Shown piece after piece: positions 29,662-32,000 of a DNA stretch of 32,000 nucleotides. Position 1 is the stretch's first letter; each line of letters begins with the position of its first letter. The position numbers were made by a program, and so were the translations under genes. The stretch comes from Gemmata obscuriglobus (GTDB lineage: Bacteria > Planctomycetota > Planctomycetia > Gemmatales > Gemmataceae): positions 4,830,001 to 4,862,000 of the forward strand of contig NZ_CP042911.1 of the NCBI RefSeq assembly GCF_008065095.1, written 5' to 3'. Under the pieces are notes generated by a model. The model saw only the letters and a program-made list of their open reading frames with translations, was not told the origin of the DNA and did not search any database.

Positions 29662-32000
29662 TCACACCGTTACAACCGATTTTACCGGCGCGGCCTTTTG
29701 CACCCACCGCTCCAAAATTTGCCGCAGGTCTGGTGCGGGTTGCCCGTTTACCGCTGCCGCAAAGTGGAAGCGTTCGATCTCGGCAAGATCCTGATCCAGC
29801 GCGGCGCGCTGTGACGGGCTCAGATCAGCGCGCTCGCGTACCTCTCGCAGGAGGGCGGCCGCGGTAAACGGGTCGAGGTTCTTGGGCAACCGGCTCTCGA
29901 CCGGTGCGTGCGTGGCTGTTCGCGACACGACCACCGCAACCACCACGGCAACCAGTACGAAAGCTGCTATCAATCCCGCCAACACATACCAAAGCAGCAT
30001 GCTCTTCTTTTTGCCGTAGGTCTGCTCCAGTGGCACCTCTTCACTGACCGACGCGAGGTCCGCGTCCACGTAGCGCTGGTATACGGTCTCCTTGGTCGGC
30101 ACCTTAACCGAAGCGAACTTGAACGTCTTCGGGAGCTGAGTCCGGTCCTCGCGTCCCTTCAGCGTGAGCGTCCACACTTGCTCTGAAACTACCGCGTTGC
30201 GGTCGCTGTCCTCATCGAACTTCTTCACGCCCAACCCGTTCGTTTCCGTCTTGGCCACCTCGAACCCCTCCGGGACATAGTCGCCCGCAAGTTCCGACCA
30301 TTCCGGCACGAGCCCGACCCCCACCGCTTTCACCTCAAGCAACAGCACGCCCTTATCGGCCTGACGCTCGTCGAGCGTCTGCGTGACCGACAACTTCTCC
30401 ACCGGACGCGGCTCGCCCAGTACAGTGCGCGCGCTGATCGGAACCGCCGGCGTCTCCACCGGCATCACGACGTAGCCCGACGTTTCCAGGAAGTCGAGGT
30501 CCAACCGCAGCGGCGGGATCTTGTCCACCTGGGGGCCACGCGGCTTGAGCATGATGTATGCGTATGGGGTGTACCGCCACCCGAACTCGCCGGCGGCCGC
30601 CCGCGACGTTACCTTTTCGTCCTGGAACGTCACCGACACCACCTCGAACTGCTCCTTGAGAGCGGTTCGCGCGGCGGACTCGAACCGGTCGCGGTAGTCC
30701 GCGGTGGGGCGGCCGTAGTTGTAGGAGTAGGACATACTGTTCTGGTTCTGGAGGTACCGGCCGAACCCGCCCGACTCGCGTTCGATGTCGCGCGTGTGCT
30801 TGAGGTTCACGAACAGCCCGAACGGGCGCCCGTGGCCCACCTCGCTCGACCCGTCGACCACCGCCTCCAGCTTGATCTCGGTGACGAGGTCCTTGTAGTA
30901 ATCGAACACCTTCTTCGCCTCGGCCGCCTGCTTGTGATCCTCGACGATCTGGAACCCGGCCTTCAGGTAGTTGAACTTCACGTGCGGCTTGGCGCCGCTC
31001 ATCTTGATGAAGAGGTTGTTCGCGAACTTACCCATGTGCTTCTCGGCGAGGTCGCCGGGCAGCGCGAGCAGGGCCGCGCGGATGAGCGGTGGCTGGGTCC
31101 AGTCCGGCTGTTTCTCCTCCGAGATCATACCCAGATCGACGGCCCCGAGCCCCGCCGCGAACCACTGCTCGTATACAGACGTAGTATGCTCGTCCTCGGG
31201 TAGAGTGCGGACCGCCTTCGCGTACTCCTCCGCGGCTTGGCGGTACGTCTTGAGTGCGGCGGTGCGTTTCGCGGAGAAATCGGACGACTTGTTCAGCTCC
31301 TGGCGGAAGTTGATCTCGTCGTGCATCAGCCCCGCCCGGGCGGTGAGCAGCACCCAGTGGCCGGGGAACTTCTTCAGCCCATCGGTCACCACCGCTTGCG
31401 CCACCTCGTACCCGCGGAGCACCTCCGCCTCAATGTCCTTCTTCTTCCGTTTGGTCTTGTTCTGCTCCTGGTTCGCTGGCGACTTCCACAAACCAGCGAG
31501 GTTGGTGCGCATCTGATCGGCCAGGCCGGCAAGCGTCTTCGGCTTCAGCCCGCCGAGCGGCCCGAACACGGCCTCGATCGCCTCGGTGCGGTACACCTCG
31601 GCGGAGCTGTGGCACGCGGTGAACGCCCGCACCACGGCCTCGTCGTCGAGGTCGCCGGCGCCCCCGGGCAGCTTCTTGATGCGGGACACCCAGTCGGCCA
31701 GTTCCTTCAGGTTCCGCTCCTGCTTCGAGCGGGTCAGCGGAATGCTCTCGGCCCGCTGCTCGAAGGCAAAAAAGAACCACGAGTACCGGTTCTCGTTACG
31801 ACTCGCGTTCGGGTCGTGGTTCCGGGTCCACACCCGCAGGAACTCTTTCACCAGCCCCTTCGCCTCGGCGGGCTGGGCGGTGGCGAGTTGCTCAATGAGT
31901 GGGAACGCCTTGTCCTCCTCGTTCACCTTCAGGTGCAACCGGGCCACCGCCTCGGCGAGCTTGGGGCGCAGCGACTCGTCGACCGCGGCGAGCCACGCGG
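29662..32000 (-). CDS. Large membrane-anchored hypothetical protein, 5' end outside the window
   Basis: The frame stays open to the window edge beyond the first Met at 31947. A single TM helix (MLLWYVLAGLIAAFVLVAVVVAVVV) about 90 aa from the C-terminus. No family recognised. Confidence 0.6.
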   Translation of the reverse strand, partial: AWLAAVDESLRPKLAEAVARLHLKVNEEDKAFPLIEQLATAQPAEAKGLVKEFLRVWTRNHDPNASRNENRYSWFFFAFEQRAESIPLTRSKQERNLKELADWVSRIKKLPGGAGDLDDEAVVRAFTACHSSAEVYRTEAIEAVFGPLGGLKPKTLAGLADQMRTNLAGLWKSPANQEQNKTKRKKKDIEAEVLRGYEVAQAVVTDGLKKFPGHWVLLTARAGLMHDEINFRQELNKSSDFSAKRTAALKTYRQAAEEYAKAVRTLPEDEHTTSVYEQWFAAGLGAVDLGMISEEKQPDWTQPPLIRAALLALPGDLAEKHMGKFANNLFIKMSGAKPHVKFNYLKAGFQIVEDHKQAAEAKKVFDYYKDLVTEIKLEAVVDGSSEVGHGRPFGLFVNLKHTRDIERESGGFGRYLQNQNSMSYSYNYGRPTADYRDRFESAARTALKEQFEVVSVTFQDEKVTSRAAAGEFGWRYTPYAYIMLKPRGPQVDKIPPLRLDLDFLETSGYVVMPVETPAVPISARTVLGEPRPVEKLSVTQTLDERQADKGVLLLEVKAVGVGLVPEWSELAGDYVPEGFEVAKTETNGLGVKKFDEDSDRNAVVSEQVWTLTLKGREDRTQLPKTFKFASVKVPTKETVYQRYVDADLASVSEEVPLEQTYGKKKSMLLWYVLAGLIAAFVLVAVVVAVVVSRTATHAPVESRLPKNLDPFTAAALLREVRERADLSPSQRAALDQDLAEIERFHFAAAVNGQPAPDLRQILERWVQKAAPVKSVVTV

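Overview
The window has two parts.

(1) Positions ~1-19,300 are a lower-GC accessory island. Hand counts of a few 60-nt lines give roughly 50-58% GC, against roughly 65-70% to the right. The island ends next to the 3' end of a tRNA-Leu(CAA) gene (19425-19505, minus strand). It looks like a phage-derived or integrative element.
- A long minus-strand operon (12011 down to 3611) contains two paralogous ~185-aa proteins, then a small ORF pair joined by a canonical A_AAA_AAA -1 slippery site. This is the layout of tailed-phage tail assembly chaperones G/GT. A proline-rich protein and three larger unknown proteins follow.
- An ISAs1-family IS with an intact 10-bp target duplication has inserted exactly on the stop codon of the frameshift ORF.
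- A divergent control region (12.09-12.63 kb) holds a 20-bp palindrome, iteron-like inverted 9-mers and an AT-rich tract.
- A plus-strand module follows: a small DNA-binding protein, an SSB-like protein, a P-loop SF3-like helicase, a Cys-rich sigma-region-4 protein and an excisionase-like HTH protein.
- The island also carries a HEPN (AbiJ-like) gene, a free-standing HNH homing endonuclease and two TIGR02996-type (Gemmata-style) domain proteins. One of these lies behind a 14-unit pentanucleotide repeat.
- Nine copies of an island-specific ~36-nt element (CTACCTTTCTCCCAA-NN-CCTACTTGCATCTCGATCC) mark the boundaries between gene blocks.
- I saw no integrase, capsid, portal or terminase in the window.

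(2) Positions ~19,500-32,000 look like GC-rich chromosome.
- A ~1.3-kb non-coding stretch contains two ~130-bp nested perfect palindromes.
- A selenocysteine-containing FDH-N-type formate dehydrogenase operon lies on the minus strand: fdnG with an in-frame UGA plus SECIS hairpin, fdnH, and an NrfD-like membrane subunit.
- It is followed by a sensor kinase / sigma54-dependent response regulator pair and a large membrane-anchored protein that runs off the right edge.

The domain content suggests a Gemmata-like planctomycete host. That is an inference. All functional calls rest on motif recognition by eye, with no searches run.
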